64,000 bases of DNA from an uncultured Actinomycetes bacterium (GTDB lineage: Bacteria; Actinomycetota; Thermoleophilia; Solirubrobacterales; Solirubrobacteraceae): contig CAVYAX010000014.1 of NCBI GenBank assembly GCA_963766525.1, positions 169,527-233,526 on the forward strand, in the 5' to 3' direction. The notes under the pieces were generated by a model that saw only the letters and a list, made by a program, of their open reading frames with translations, was not told where the DNA came from and did not search any database. This document shows, in pieces, positions 24,894 through 35,865 of the stretch. The position numbers and the translations under genes were made by a program. Every line of letters begins with the position of its first letter. The first letter of the stretch is position 1.

Positions 24894-26762
24894 ATGAGCT
24901 CCCTGCACGCCGGTCTCTCTCTGCTTGCGGCGATCGAGCCGCCCAAGTCGCCCCCGGCCGGGGGCTTCTCCGAACGCGACCTCGGCTATGCGGCTGCCGG
25001 GGCCGGCGTCGCGACGCTCGTGCTGTTGGTGGGCGGTCTGGGCCACCGCGCCGGGCTGGTCGGAGTCATCGGGTGGTTCGAGCGCTTCGCCGAGCGGATC
25101 TCGGGCCAGCCGGGATGGGCCTCGATGCCCTGCGGCCTTGCGATCGGCTCCCTGATCTGCGCGCTCTTCGGCTTGTACTGGGACGTCGCGCTGCACGTCG
25201 ACGTCGGTCGCGACAACGGCCCGTTCGGCACCCCGGCGCACTACTTCATCCTCGCCGGGCTCTACGGGATCGTCCTCGCGGGCTTCTTCGCGATGTGCCT
25301 GCCGAAGAAGAAGGAAGGACCGACGTTCATCAAGCTCACGCGCGACTGGCACGCGCCGCTGGGCGGCGTCCTCATGTTCGCCGCGGGCAGCTTCTCGCTG
25401 CTCGGCTTCCCGCTCGACGACCAGTGGCACCGGCTCTTCGGCCAGGACGTCACGCTGTGGGGCCCGACGCATCTCATGCTCATCGGCGGCGCCTCGATGA
25501 CGCTCATCGCCATCGCGGTCCTGCAGGTCGAGGTCATCCGCGCGATGAAGCGCGACGGCACGTTCGACAGAGAGAGGTGGTGGGTCAAGGGCCTGCGCAA
25601 CACCTGGTGGGCCGGCGGAACGCTCATCGCGCTGTCGACGTTCCAGCTCGAGTTCGACCTCGGCATCCCGCAGTTCCAGCTCATCTTCCAGCCGATGCTG
25701 ATCATGTTCGCCGCCGGCGTCGTGCTCGTCGCCGCGCGGGTCTACGTCGGCCCGTACGGCGCGATCAAGGCCGTCATCTTCTTCCTCGTGATGCGCGGCC
25801 TGCTGTCGCTCGGCGTCTCCGGGCTCGGCGAGTCCCTCGTGCACTTCCCGCTGTACATCGCCGAGGCGCTGCTCGTCGAAGGCGTCGCGCTGCTCGTCTC
25901 GGCGAGGCGCAGCCCGCTCGTCTTCGGAGCCTGGTGCGGCGCCGCGATCGGCACGATCGGCCTCGCGGCCGAGTGGGCCTGGTCGCACGTCTGGATGCCG
26001 ATCCCGTGGCCGCAGGAGATCCTCCCGCAGGTCGCCGCGATCGGTCTTGCGGCCGCGCTGGCCGGCAGCCTCATCGGCGCGTACATCGGCGCCCGCCTGG
26101 GCGCCGACGAGATCCCGCAGGTCGGTGGCCTGCGCTGGGCCGGGCTGGCCGGCGCCGTCGGCATGACCGCGATGATCGCGTTCGGCTTGCACACGCCGGC
26201 CGACCCCACGGGCGCGGCCGCGGCGATCACGCTGCGCGACGTCGACAAGGGCGCCGAGCGCACGGCGATCGTCACCGCGCGGATGATCCCCGCGAGCGCC
26301 GCCGACGACGCGACCTGGCTGACGGCGACCTCCTGGCAGGGCGGCGGCCTCACGGTCAACCGCCTCAAGGAGATCCGTCGCGGCGTCTACCAGTCGACCG
26401 AGCCGATCCCGATCCACGGCGACTACAAGGCGCTCGTCCGGATGCATACCGGCAACTCGATCTCGGGCCTGCCGATCTACGCGCCGGCGGACGCCGCGAT
26501 CCCGGTGCCCGCGGTGCCCGCCCCGCGCACGTTCGAGCGGCCGTTCGTCTCCGACCACAAGCTCCTGCAGCGCGAGGCCAAGACGAACGACTCCGCCGTC
26601 ACGGCCGGCGCCTACGGCATCATCGCGTTCTGCACGTTGCTGCTGCTCGCGATGCTCGCATGGGGCCTTCACCGCATCCGCGTGACCGCCTCGCCGGGCG
26701 GCTACCGGTCGGCGCCCGAGACGAGGCGCTCGTCTGTGCTCGCCACTCCTCCCGCGGCCTGA
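24894..26762 (+). CDS. Polytopic integral membrane protein (622 aa) of unknown function.
   Basis: More than 10 hydrophobic helices and good codon bias. It lies 93 nt downstream of nuoN. Confidence 0.55.
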   Translation: MSSLHAGLSLLAAIEPPKSPPAGGFSERDLGYAAAGAGVATLVLLVGGLGHRAGLVGVIGWFERFAERISGQPGWASMPCGLAIGSLICALFGLYWDVALHVDVGRDNGPFGTPAHYFILAGLYGIVLAGFFAMCLPKKKEGPTFIKLTRDWHAPLGGVLMFAAGSFSLLGFPLDDQWHRLFGQDVTLWGPTHLMLIGGASMTLIAIAVLQVEVIRAMKRDGTFDRERWWVKGLRNTWWAGGTLIALSTFQLEFDLGIPQFQLIFQPMLIMFAAGVVLVAARVYVGPYGAIKAVIFFLVMRGLLSLGVSGLGESLVHFPLYIAEALLVEGVALLVSARRSPLVFGAWCGAAIGTIGLAAEWAWSHVWMPIPWPQEILPQVAAIGLAAALAGSLIGAYIGARLGADEIPQVGGLRWAGLAGAVGMTAMIAFGLHTPADPTGAAAAITLRDVDKGAERTAIVTARMIPASAADDATWLTATSWQGGGLTVNRLKEIRRGVYQSTEPIPIHGDYKALVRMHTGNSISGLPIYAPADAAIPVPAVPAPRTFERPFVSDHKLLQREAKTNDSAVTAGAYGIIAFCTLLLLAMLAWGLHRIRVTASPGGYRSAPETRRSSVLATPPAA

Positions 26763-26775
26763 AAGGATCGTCGAC

Positions 26776-28314
26776 ATGGCTGACACGCTCGAGCTGGTGC
26801 CCGACGACAGCTCGGCGACCGCGGGGGACCGCGGCACCGAGCACGTCCGAATCGCGATCGTCGGCAGCGGGTTCGCCGGCATCGGCATGGCAATCCGCCT
26901 CAAGGAGGCCGGGATCGAGGACTTCGTGATCCTGGATCGCGCCGACGACGTGGGCGGGACGTGGCAGGCGAACACGTACCCGGGCTGCCAGTGCGACGTG
27001 CCCTCGCACCTGTACTCGTTCTCCTTCGAGCCGAACCCCGCGTGGACGCGGACGTACTCGCGCCAGCCGGAGATCTGGGAGTACCTGCGCGGCTGCGCCG
27101 AGCGCTACGGGCTGAAGGACCACCTGCGCCTCGGCCACGAGCTGACCGCCGCGACGTGGGACGAGGCGCAGCAGCGCTGGCATGTCTCGACGTCGCGCGG
27201 CGAGTTCTCCGCGGCGCTGCTGATCGACGCGACCGGGCCGTTGAGTCACCCCGCGGTCCCCGCGATCCGCGGCCTGCAGCGCTTCGAGGGCAAGCTCTTT
27301 CACTCCGCGAAGTGGGACCACGACCACGACCTGACCGGCGAGCGCGTCGCGGTGATCGGGACGGGCGCGTCGGCGATCCAGTTCGTCCCGCGGATCCAGA
27401 AGCAGGTCGGCCAGATGCACGTCTTCCAGCGCACGGCGCCGTGGATCATGCCGCACACCGACCGGCCGACCTCGCGCTTCGAGCGCCAGCTCTACCGGCG
27501 CATCCCGGTCCTCCAGCGGCTGGTGCGCACGGCCGTCTACTGGACGCGCGAGTCGTACCTGCTCGGCTTCGCCAAGCGCCCGCAGATCATGACCGGGGCC
27601 GAGCGGATCGCGAAGCTGCACCTGCGCAAGCAGGTCCGCGATCGCGAGCTGCGCCGCAAGCTCGAGCCGGGCTTTCGCCTGGGCTGCAAGCGCGTGCTGC
27701 TCTCCAACGACTGGTATCCCGCGCTCACGCAGCCCAACGTGGAGCTCGTCACGGACAAGATCTCGCACATCGACGGGCGCCGGATCGTGCTCGCCGACGG
27801 CAGCTCGCGCGAGGTCGACACGATCATCCTCGGCACGGGCTTTCACGTCACCGACCCGCCGACGGCGCACCTCGTGCGCGGTCGCGGCGGCGTCACGCTC
27901 GCGGAGGCCGCGGGCTCGAGCCCGCAGGCGTACCTCGGCACGGCGATGGCCGGCTTCCCCAACGTCTTCCGGATCATCGGGCCGAACACCGGCCTGGGCC
28001 ACAACTCGATGGTCTACATGATCGAGTCGCAGCTGTCGTATCTCATGGACGCGATCAGGTTGATCGACGAGCGCGGCGTCTCGACGATCGAGGTGCGGCC
28101 GGAGGCGGTCGCCGCGTTCAACGCCGAGATCCAGGCGATGATGCCCGGCACGGTGTGGGCGTCCGGCTGCTCGAGCTGGTACATCGACGCGAACGGCAAC
28201 AACACGACGTTGTGGCCGGACTTCACGTTCCGCTTCCGCCGGCGCACCCGCCATTTCGACGCGGACGCCTACGAGCTGCGCATCGGCGCGGCCGAGCCGG
28301 CGAAGGCGGCGTGA
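26776..28314 (+). CDS. FAD-dependent Baeyer-Villiger (flavin-containing) monooxygenase.
   Basis: The Rossmann motif IAIVGSGFAGIG, a GGTW motif, and the BVMO fingerprint FEGKLFHSAKWDHD (FxGxxxHxxxWD). Confidence 0.8.
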   Translation: MADTLELVPDDSSATAGDRGTEHVRIAIVGSGFAGIGMAIRLKEAGIEDFVILDRADDVGGTWQANTYPGCQCDVPSHLYSFSFEPNPAWTRTYSRQPEIWEYLRGCAERYGLKDHLRLGHELTAATWDEAQQRWHVSTSRGEFSAALLIDATGPLSHPAVPAIRGLQRFEGKLFHSAKWDHDHDLTGERVAVIGTGASAIQFVPRIQKQVGQMHVFQRTAPWIMPHTDRPTSRFERQLYRRIPVLQRLVRTAVYWTRESYLLGFAKRPQIMTGAERIAKLHLRKQVRDRELRRKLEPGFRLGCKRVLLSNDWYPALTQPNVELVTDKISHIDGRRIVLADGSSREVDTIILGTGFHVTDPPTAHLVRGRGGVTLAEAAGSSPQAYLGTAMAGFPNVFRIIGPNTGLGHNSMVYMIESQLSYLMDAIRLIDERGVSTIEVRPEAVAAFNAEIQAMMPGTVWASGCSSWYIDANGNNTTLWPDFTFRFRRRTRHFDADAYELRIGAAEPAKAA

Positions 28315-29271
28315 TGCGCGTTCCTTTGTTGTCCCGCGCGAACTACGACGTCGCCGGCCGGACCGTCTTCGTCACCGGCGCGGCGCGCGGCATCGGCGCC
28401 GCGATCGCGACGCGGCTGCACGCGGCGGGCGCGAACGTCGCGTTGGTGGGGCTCGAGCCCTCGCTGCTCGAGGAGCTCGCCGCGTCGCTGGGCGACGACC
28501 GCGCGGCGGCGTTCGAGGCCGACGTCACGGACTTCGAGGCGCTGCAGCGCGCGGTGCGAGGGACGGTCGCGCGCTTCGGCGGCGATCGACGTCGGGATCG
28601 CGAACGCGGGGATCCACTTCGTCGGCCGGCTTGCGACGGCGCCCGTGCACCAGGTCGAGCGCGCGCTCGAGGTCAACCTCATGGGCGTGTGGCGCACGGA
28701 CCGCGCGCTGATCGAGCAGATCGTCGCGCGGAAGGGCTACCTCCTGAACATCGCGTCCCTGGCCGCCGCGAGCCACACGCCGCTGATGGGGCCCTACTCG
28801 GCATCCAAGGCGGGCGTGGAGGCGTTGACGAACAGCCTGCGCGCCGAGACGCTGCCGACGGGTGCGCGCGTCGGCTGCGCGTACTTCGGCTTCATCGACA
28901 CGGACCTCGTCCGCACGAGCTTCGCCCACCCGTCGTCGCAGCTGCTCACCGACACGCTGCCGAAGTTCGTCTCGACCCCGGCGCCGCTGTCGGATGCCAT
29001 CGACGCGATCGAGCGCGGCGTGCGCCGCCGCTCCGCGCGCCTGTGGGCGCCGCGCTACGTCGGCGGCGCCCTCGTGCTGCGCGGAGTCCTGCAGCCGCTG
29101 ACCGAGCTGCAGATGCGCTTCAACCGCGACCTCCCGCGCGCGCTGGAGCTCGCCGACCCCGCACGCGGCGGGCTCGAGGACCAGGACTCCAAGCTCGGCG
29201 TGTCCGGCGACGCGACGCGGTCGACGTCCTCCGCGCCGGCCGCCGCGAAGCAGCCGGCGCAGCGCTCCTAG
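28314..29271 (+). CDS. Short-chain dehydrogenase/reductase (SDR), with an apparent 1-nt insertion frameshift near 28582.
   Basis: The N-terminus TVFVTGAARGIGAAIA is an SDR cofactor motif in frame 3. The remainder (IDVGIANAGI...NLMGVW...YSASKAGVEAL) reads in frame 1, and its ATG overlaps the BVMO stop. Confidence 0.7.
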
Positions 29272-29291
29272 CCGGATCGCGGGCCCGCGGC

Positions 29292-30122
29292 TCAGTCCGC
29301 CGTTTGGTCCTGCGCGTACATGAGCGAGCCCGGCGTCGTCAGCGTCTCGCCGGTTTCCAGCAGCGTCTTGAGGCCGGACAGGATCATCGGCCAGCCGCCG
29401 TAGAGCTCCGGATTGGCGCTCTCGGGGAGCTGGTCGTGGATCACCGTGAGCTGACACGAGTCGCCGACCGGGGTGATCTCCCAGGTGACTCTCGAAGCAG
29501 GCGCGGCCCTGACGTCGTCGCTCCACAGCGCGTTGAAGGTCTGCACGAGCCGGCGCGGCGGATCGACCTCGAGGTTCTCACCCGCCGCGATGTCGACGAC
29601 GCCGGGGACCGCCGCCGTGTAGCTCGAGCCCGCCGTCCAGTCGGAGTGGGTCTCGACGCCGAAGCTGTACTTGGCCCGCAGCGTCGGATCCGTGATCGCC
29701 TCCCAGAGGCGCTCCGGTGTCGTCTTGATGTAGATCTCGAACACCGCCATGGCTCCCTCGCCGGCGGGGTCGGGGCTGAGTGCGATCCGGTGTGTGACGT
29801 CGACTGCTTCCATCGTTTCCTCCTCGAGTTGTCGCTTGAGGCCCGTGAGCGTGGCGGCCCAGGGCTCGGCGTACTTGCTCACCCAGCGGTCGTGGACGAG
29901 CCTGATCGGGACCGGGTTCAGGAAGTGCAGCTTCTCGCGCCCGCGTCTGCGCGCGGTCACGAGACCCGCCTCCTCGAGCACCCGCAGGTGCTTCATCACG
30001 CCGAAGCGCGTCATCGGCAGGCGCGCTTCCAGCGCGCTCAGCGTCTGCCCGTCCTGCGCGAACAGCTCGTCGAGCAGACCGCGTCTGGTGGGGTCGGCGA
30101 GCGCCTTGAACACCGCGTCCAT
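29292..30122 (-). CDS. ArsR-family HTH fused to an SRPBCC (AHSA1/START-like) domain.
   Basis: The N-terminus MDAVFKALADPTRRGLLDELFAQDGQTLSALEARLPMTRFGVMKHLRVLEEAGLV is ArsR-like. The C-terminus carries the SRPBCC W..ITDP..L..W motif. Confidence 0.75.
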   Translation of the reverse strand: MDAVFKALADPTRRGLLDELFAQDGQTLSALEARLPMTRFGVMKHLRVLEEAGLVTARRRGREKLHFLNPVPIRLVHDRWVSKYAEPWAATLTGLKRQLEEETMEAVDVTHRIALSPDPAGEGAMAVFEIYIKTTPERLWEAITDPTLRAKYSFGVETHSDWTAGSSYTAAVPGVVDIAAGENLEVDPPRRLVQTFNALWSDDVRAAPASRVTWEITPVGDSCQLTVIHDQLPESANPELYGGWPMILSGLKTLLETGETLTTPGSLMYAQDQTAD

Positions 30123-30154
30123 GGGCGCACCATATGTGACTCTTTGGTCACATG

Positions 30155-30913
30155 TCAAGCCGCGGCGCGAGCGAGGAACGGCGCGATGAGGTCGAGCGGC
30201 AGCGGGAAGACGATCGTCGAGCTCTGGTCGGCGCCGATCTCCAGCAGCGTCTGGAGGTAGCGAAGCTGCAGCGCCGACGGCTGGCGGTCGATGATCGCGG
30301 CGGCGGCGGCGAGCTTCTCGGCCGCCTGGAACTCGCCCTCGGCGTTGATGATCTTCGCGCGCCGCTCGCGCTCGGCCTCGGCCTGGCGAGCCATCGCGCG
30401 CTGCATGACCTCGGGGATCTCGACGTCCTTGATCTCGACCGTCGAGACCTTGATGCCCCAGGGCTCTGTCTGCTCGTCGATGATCTGCTGCAGCCGCCCG
30501 TTGAGCCGGTCGCGCTCGGCCAGCAGCTGGTCGAGGTCGGCGCCGCCGAGCACCGAGCGCAGCGTGGTCTGCGCGATCTGCGAGGTCGCCGTCGCGAAGG
30601 CCTCGATCTCCGTCACAGCGGCGCTCGGGTCGATGACGCGGAAGTAGCAGACGGCGGCCACGCGGGCGGGCACGTTGTCGCGCGTGATGACCTCCTGCGG
30701 CGGCACGGTCATCGTCACCGTGCGCAGGTCGACGCGCACCATCCGGTCGACGAGCGGGATCAGGACGACGAGCCCCGGTCCCTTGACGGGCAGCAGCCGG
30801 CCGAGCCGGAAGACGACCGCGCGCTCGTACTCGCGCACCACCTTGACGGCGACGAGCGCGATGGCGAGCAGCGCGACGAGCACGGCTCCTGCGACGAGCA
30901 ACGGCATGATCAT
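30155..30913 (-). CDS. SPFH / band-7 (stomatin-prohibitin) family membrane protein.
   Basis: An N-terminal TM helix followed by [10 protein letters not shown]...[12 protein letters not shown]...IKDVEIPEV...AEGE..AA, the stomatin pattern. Confidence 0.85.
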   Translation of the reverse strand: MIMPLLVAGAVLVALLAIALVAVKVVREYERAVVFRLGRLLPVKGPGLVVLIPLVDRMVRVDLRTVTMTVPPQEVITRDNVPARVAAVCYFRVIDPSAAVTEIEAFATATSQIAQTTLRSVLGGADLDQLLAERDRLNGRLQQIIDEQTEPWGIKVSTVEIKDVEIPEVMQRAMARQAEAERERRAKIINAEGEFQAAEKLAAAAAIIDRQPSALQLRYLQTLLEIGADQSSTIVFPLPLDLIAPFLARAAA

Positions 30914-31518
30914 CCCTCCGTTCGATTCTGCGATGCCCAGCGGCTGCGCTCCCTGCTCCCGTCGGGCGCCGCCGGCGCAAAGCCCAAGCCCTGCGCCGCT
31001 GTCGGTTCCGGGAAGCCTGCCGGGTGCGTCAGGAAGTCGCGCACGAGCCATCGCGCGCCGAGCCCCGCGACGACCAGCACGCCCAGCAGCACCGCCGCCT
31101 CGGACGGGCGGTGGTGGCGCACGCCCGCGACGAGCAGGGTGAGGACGGCGAGCGCCACGAGCAACAAGGACAGGCCGCGATGGAAGCGCCCGGCCTCCGA
31201 ATGTGGCCACGGGTCCAGCGGCGCGGACGATCTCGCGCCCGCGGTCGGAGTCCGTGCAGTCCTGCTTGCGCGGGCAGCCGTTGCAGACGTGGGCCTTCGC
31301 CCGGTAGCGGACGAGGCGGCGCTCGTGGTCGAAGTCGTGCGGCCACAGGTGCTGGCCCTCCGGACAGCGCCAGTGGTCGTGCGCCGCGTCGTAGTCAAAG
31401 CCGGCCGTGCGGTAGCGCAGCGAGCGCCGGTGGGTGTGCGCCGAGAGCCATTCCAGGCCGAACGCGCTCAGCACGAGCGCGCCGGCCCAGACCGCGGCGA
31501 GGATGACCTCGGCGTTCA
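30910..31518 (-). CDS. Membrane protein with an N-terminal TM helix, a zinc-ribbon (C-P-x-G...C-x2-C) and two C-terminal TM helices, sitting in the NfeD-partner position for the SPFH protein. It has an apparent frameshift near 31230.
   Basis: The GTG start at 31518 abuts the qNOR stop. Codon bias is good in one frame down to about 31240 and then in another frame, which ends with a stop that overlaps the SPFH ATG as ATGA. Confidence 0.35.
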
Positions 31519-33847
31519 CGTCGCCTTCGCCGCGCCGGCTTGCTCGTCGCCGCCGGTGCCGAGCGGGACCGCGATCTCCGTGAAGAGGATGTCGTCCGGC
31601 TCCTCGAGCGTGATGCGCTTGACCGCGTGCCGGATGCCGAGATAGGCGATGTACAGCGCGGGCACCGCCCCGCCGGCGATGAACACGATGTCGCCGGGCA
31701 GGCGCAGCCACTCGAGCAGCGTGTTCGTGTCGTTCGTCAGGAACTTCAGCTCGCGCGCCTCGAAGTAGCCAGCGTTCACCGACTGGTAGAGCTGGAGGAT
31801 CCCGAGCGGCAGCAGCGTCGCGAAGCACATCCACGCGAGGCCGATGTTCGCCGACCAGAAGCTGATCTTCGCCCACCGCTCGGGCCACTTGTCCGCCGGG
31901 ATGATGTAGCGCAGGCAGAACAGCGCGAGACCCAGCGCGAGCATCCCGTAGACGCCCATCATCGCGGCGTGCCCGTGGTTGGCGGTCAGCGCCGTGCCGA
32001 TCTCGTAGTAGGAGACGATCGGGAGGTTGATGAGGAAGCCGAACACGCCGGCGCCGAGGAAGTTCCAGAACCCGACAGCGACGAGGAACATCACCGCCCA
32101 GCGGTGGGGGAACGGCGTCTCCGAGCGCGAATGCTGCGAGGCCCCGAGCTGCAGGAAGCTCCACGCTTCGACGGTCAAGAACGTCAGCGGGATGACCTCC
32201 GCGGCCGAGAAGAACGCGCCCGAGCGCCATGTGCTCGGCGGGCTCGCCGGAGAAGTACAGATGGTGCATCGTCCCGATCACGCCACCGGCCGAGTACAGG
32301 ATGATGTCGAGGTAGATCACGGTCAGCGCGACCTTCTCGCGGACGACGCCGAGCAGGACGAACATGTACGCGACCATCACGGTCGTGAACAGCTCGAGGA
32401 AGTCCTCGACCCACAGATGCACGACCCAGAAGCGCCAGAACTCGGTCGTCGTGAAGTTGTCGCCCGTCCGCGCGAGGAGGCCTACGGCGTAGAACGCCGG
32501 GATCGCGCACGCCGCCAGGAAGAACAGCCACGGCATGTTGCCCGGGTGGTCTCTGGCAAGGCGCCGGCGCAGGACGCGCCACAGCATGAAGACCCACATG
32601 ACGAGCCCGACCGTCAGCAGCACCTGCCACAGCCGCGCGAGGTCGAGGTACTCGAAGCCCTGCAGCCCGAACCAGTTCGATGCCGCGTCGGTGAGCACGC
32701 CATGCACGCCGAGGTAGGAGCCGACGAGCGTCCCGAGCACGACCACCGTGAGCGCGCCGAGCAGCGCGAAGGCGAGCTTGCCCTGGTGGCGCGGCTCGCG
32801 GCCGGCGATCATCGGCGCCAGGAAGATCCCGGCCGCTACGAACGACGTCGCGACCCAGAAGATCGCGAGCTGGACATGCCAGGTCCGCATGAGGTTGTAC
32901 GGGAGCACCGCCGCGAGGTCGAAGCCGAAGAAGTCGGTGACCTCCGCGCGGTAGTGCTGCGACGCCGCGCCGGTGATCGTCTGCAGCAGGAAGAGCGCCG
33001 CCATGACGAAGAAGAACCACGCCGTCGCCCGCTGCGCCGGCGTCAGCGCGACGTCGCCCGGCTTGCGGAAGCTGAGCGTCGCCTGCTCGCGGCCGTGCCA
33101 CCCCAGGCGCGCGCCCCACCGCCCGAACGCCGCGAACAGCAGGCCCACCCCGGTCAGCAACGCGATCAGCGACATCACCGACCACACGACGACGTTCGCC
33201 GTCGGCTTGTTGTCGACACGCGACTCGGGCGGCCAGTTATTCGTGTACGAGTAGTTGTGGCCCGGCCGCTCGGTCGACGCGGCCCACGCCGTCCAGGCGA
33301 AGAACGCGGTCAGCCGCCGCAGCTCCACCGGGTCCGTGATCGCCTTCGGGCGCAGGCCGTGGTCGCTTGCCGGGTCCGAGAAGTACCGGCTGTAGTACCG
33401 CACGAGCGTCTCGAACGCGGCCGCCCGCTGCGGGCTGATCGTGAGCGTCCCGGTCCGCTCGTCGTAGCGATTGGTGCGGAAGTCCTCGATCGTCCGGCGG
33501 GCCGCCGAGTCCGAGCCCGCTCCGCCGTATGCGCGCCTGACGATGTTCGACGCGCGCCGCAGGTAGTCGGCGGTGAAGTCCGGGCCGAGGTAGGCGCCGT
33601 GCCCGAAGACCGACCCGTACTCCATGAGGCCGTTGTGCAGGAACACCTGCTGGCCCTTGGAGACGTCGCGCGCCGTGTAGAGCACGCGGCCCTGCTCGTC
33701 GACGGTGCGCTGCGGGACCGGCGGCTTGGCCTGGTAGCTGCGGTAGGCGAGCAGCCCCATGACGAAGAACCCGCAGAGGATCACGAGGATCACGACCTGG
33801 ACCCAGCCCTTGGAGATCAGCAGCGGCCGGCGACCAGTGCTCTCCAC
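31516..33847 (-). CDS. norB: Quinol-dependent nitric oxide reductase (qNOR, single-subunit NorB/NorZ type), with an apparent 1-nt insertion frameshift near 32224.
   Basis: About 777 aa, with an N-terminal extension followed by heme-copper oxidase helices (..[19 protein letters not shown] | [37 protein letters not shown]). The two halves lie in different frames, joined at ctcgggcgcgttc. Confidence 0.8.
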
Positions 33848-34053
33848 GACGACCCCCTCGGATCCGCCCGCCCGATCGCGCCATCGCGTGGCCCGCTCGC
33901 CGGCCGTCTGCCATATGCCCCGCGACGCAGGGCTTCGCAGGCGAAGCTAGCACTCCGTGGCGGACGTGGCCGTGCAGGGCCGTATCGCGCTCATGAATGT
34001 CGCCTATGACGCGCATAGAGCGTCATATTCGACAGAGTCGCGGCCCGGGGCGC

Positions 34054-34638
34054 TCAGGCGTCGCCGCGACGGCGCTTCTCGAGCCACCTCGCCGCGTCGG
34101 CGTACTCCTGCAAGCCGCGATCGCGTGCCGCGAGCGCGCCGCGGCGCGTCGTCTCGGCCGCGTCGGCGGCGGCGCGGCGGCCCGCGGCGGCCGCCTCCGC
34201 GGCGGCCCGGCGATGCTCGGCGTAGTCGGCGGTGCGCGCGGCGCGCCAGCCGAGCTTCAGGGCGGCGACCGCGAAGACGCACAGGCTGAGGCCCGCAACG
34301 GTGAACGCCGCGATGAACACGCCGCCCACGAACCAGGGCGGATCGCCTCCGCCAAGGCCGATCGCGCTCTCGATCGGGGCGGTGACGAGGCCGGACCAGC
34401 CACCGATCTGCAGAACGAGGAACGCGCCGACGGCGACGAGCGCGGCGACGAGGAAGACGCCGCCGCTGACGACCAGCACCCGCGGTCGATCGCGGTACCT
34501 GCGCCTGGCCTTGGCCGTGCCGTCCTGTTGCAGCGTGGCGACGAGCTCAGCGCGGCACACGCCGCAGAACGTATGCGCCGCGTTGTTGAGCGCGTTGCAC
34601 GCGCCGCAGGTCACGTGGTCGGTCGCCACCATGCTCAA
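34054..34638 (-). CDS. Small membrane protein with an N-terminal zinc-ribbon (CGAC...CGVC) followed by two TM helices.
   Basis: ORF with good codon bias, a C-x2-C-x12-C-x2-C motif and hydrophobic segments. Confidence 0.45.
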   Translation of the reverse strand: MSMVATDHVTCGACNALNNAAHTFCGVCRAELVATLQQDGTAKARRRYRDRPRVLVVSGGVFLVAALVAVGAFLVLQIGGWSGLVTAPIESAIGLGGGDPPWFVGGVFIAAFTVAGLSLCVFAVAALKLGWRAARTADYAEHRRAAAEAAAAGRRAAADAAETTRRGALAARDRGLQEYADAARWLEKRRRGDA

Positions 34639-34709
34639 GACTCAACTCGAGCCTGCGGCGCGTGACAGCCATGGTGGGAAATCTTCCGAGAGCGCGTTGA
34701 CCCCAGCGC

Positions 34710-35360
34710 TCAGGGGCGCGCGACCGTGTGGCCGTACGTCGCGAGCGCGGCGGCGACCGCGACCCTGTCCTCCTCGGCCAGCACGCGCGGCGTCCCGCAC
34801 GCGCACGCGTGGACGTACACGCCGCACGCCCATTCGAGGAGCTCGGTCGCGTCCAGCGCGTCTGAGAGCGAGTCGCCGTAGGTCACCGCCCCGTGCCCGC
34901 CGAGCAGCGCGGCGGTGCGGCCCTCGAGCGCCTCGACGACGACGTGCGCGAGGTCGTCCGTGCCGAACGTCGCGTACGGCGCGACGCGCACGCTGCCGCC
35001 CAAGGCGAGCAGCGCGTAGTGGATGCAGGGCAGCTCGTCGGCGACGCACGCGATCGCGGTCCCCATCGGCGGGTGGGTGTGCACGACCGCGCCGGCGTCG
35101 TAGCCGCGGTAGACGGCCAGGTGCAACGGCAGCTCGGACGTAGGCGCCAAGGGCCCGCTCACCTGCGTGCCGTCGAGCTCCACGACGGCGATCTCCGCGG
35201 GACGCAGCGACGACAGGCGCGAGCCCGTCGGCGTCACCGCGACGAGGTCGCCGAGCCGCGCGCTGACGTTGCCCGCCGTCCCGACGACCAGGCCCGACCG
35301 CGCGAGGCCGCGGGAGACCTCCACGACCTCCGCCCGCAGCTGATCCATGCCGACGGTCAT
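34710..35360 (-). CDS. Class II aldolase/adducin-family protein (L-fuculose-phosphate aldolase or ribulose-5-P epimerase-like).
   Basis: ...LVVGTAGNVSARLGDLVAVTPTG...VVHTHPPMGTAIAC... matches the Aldolase_II pattern. Start at MTVGMDQL (35360), or MDQL at 35348. Confidence 0.7.
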   Translation of the reverse strand: MTVGMDQLRAEVVEVSRGLARSGLVVGTAGNVSARLGDLVAVTPTGSRLSSLRPAEIAVVELDGTQVSGPLAPTSELPLHLAVYRGYDAGAVVHTHPPMGTAIACVADELPCIHYALLALGGSVRVAPYATFGTDDLAHVVVEALEGRTAALLGGHGAVTYGDSLSDALDATELLEWACGVYVHACACGTPRVLAEEDRVAVAAALATYGHTVARP

Positions 35361-35503
35361 GGCTTGTCTATCGGCGCATGGCGCCGCGCGCTTGACGACC
35401 GACGGTCCGAAGTTGTCCCTGGCCTCCCCACCATGGTGCAACGCTTGGAGCGTACCGGGGGTCCCGGCCGGGTAGCGACGCTACCCTGAGGCCGAAGCGC
35501 ATC

Positions 35504-35827
35504 ATGGCACGACGCGGCACGAACATCCGAGCGATTCCAGGGGCATGCCTCGCGGCGGTCGTGCTCGCGATCGCCTGCGCCACCCTGGCCGCGCCGAGCG
35601 CCGCGATCGTCCCGCCCACGGACTGCGGCGTCATCACGGTCAAGGGCAAGCGCTACGACATCAAGGCCGACCAGCTGCGCTGCGTGACCGCGAAGCCGCA
35701 CGCCACGCGGTACCTCTCGACGCACCGCCGGCCGACCGGCTACACGTGCCGCGACTACGGCAAGGACACGAAGCTGAAGTTCCGCTGCTCGCGCGGCATC
35801 AAGGTCTTCTTCGCGATCAAACGTTGA
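35504..35827 (+). CDS. Small secreted Cys-containing protein (107 aa).
   Basis: It has a signal peptide (AVVLAIACATLAAPSAA) and 4 Cys. No family was recognised. Confidence 0.4.
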   Translation: MARRGTNIRAIPGACLAAVVLAIACATLAAPSAAIVPPTDCGVITVKGKRYDIKADQLRCVTAKPHATRYLSTHRRPTGYTCRDYGKDTKLKFRCSRGIKVFFAIKR

Positions 35828-35865
35828 TCGCCCGTCGTGACCGCCGGCGCGCGCTCCACGCGGCG

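Noticed and set aside
30155-33847. A 1230-aa minus-strand ORF.
   Set aside because: It is a composite of the qNOR N-terminal half, an out-of-frame segment, the zinc-ribbon gene and the SPFH gene. They happen to share a frame that has no stops.
33848-34053. A possible gene in the ORF 33237..34016-.
   Set aside because: Its translation is His/Arg/Gly-rich nonsense with poor GC3. The region is more likely the qNOR promoter and intergenic spacer.
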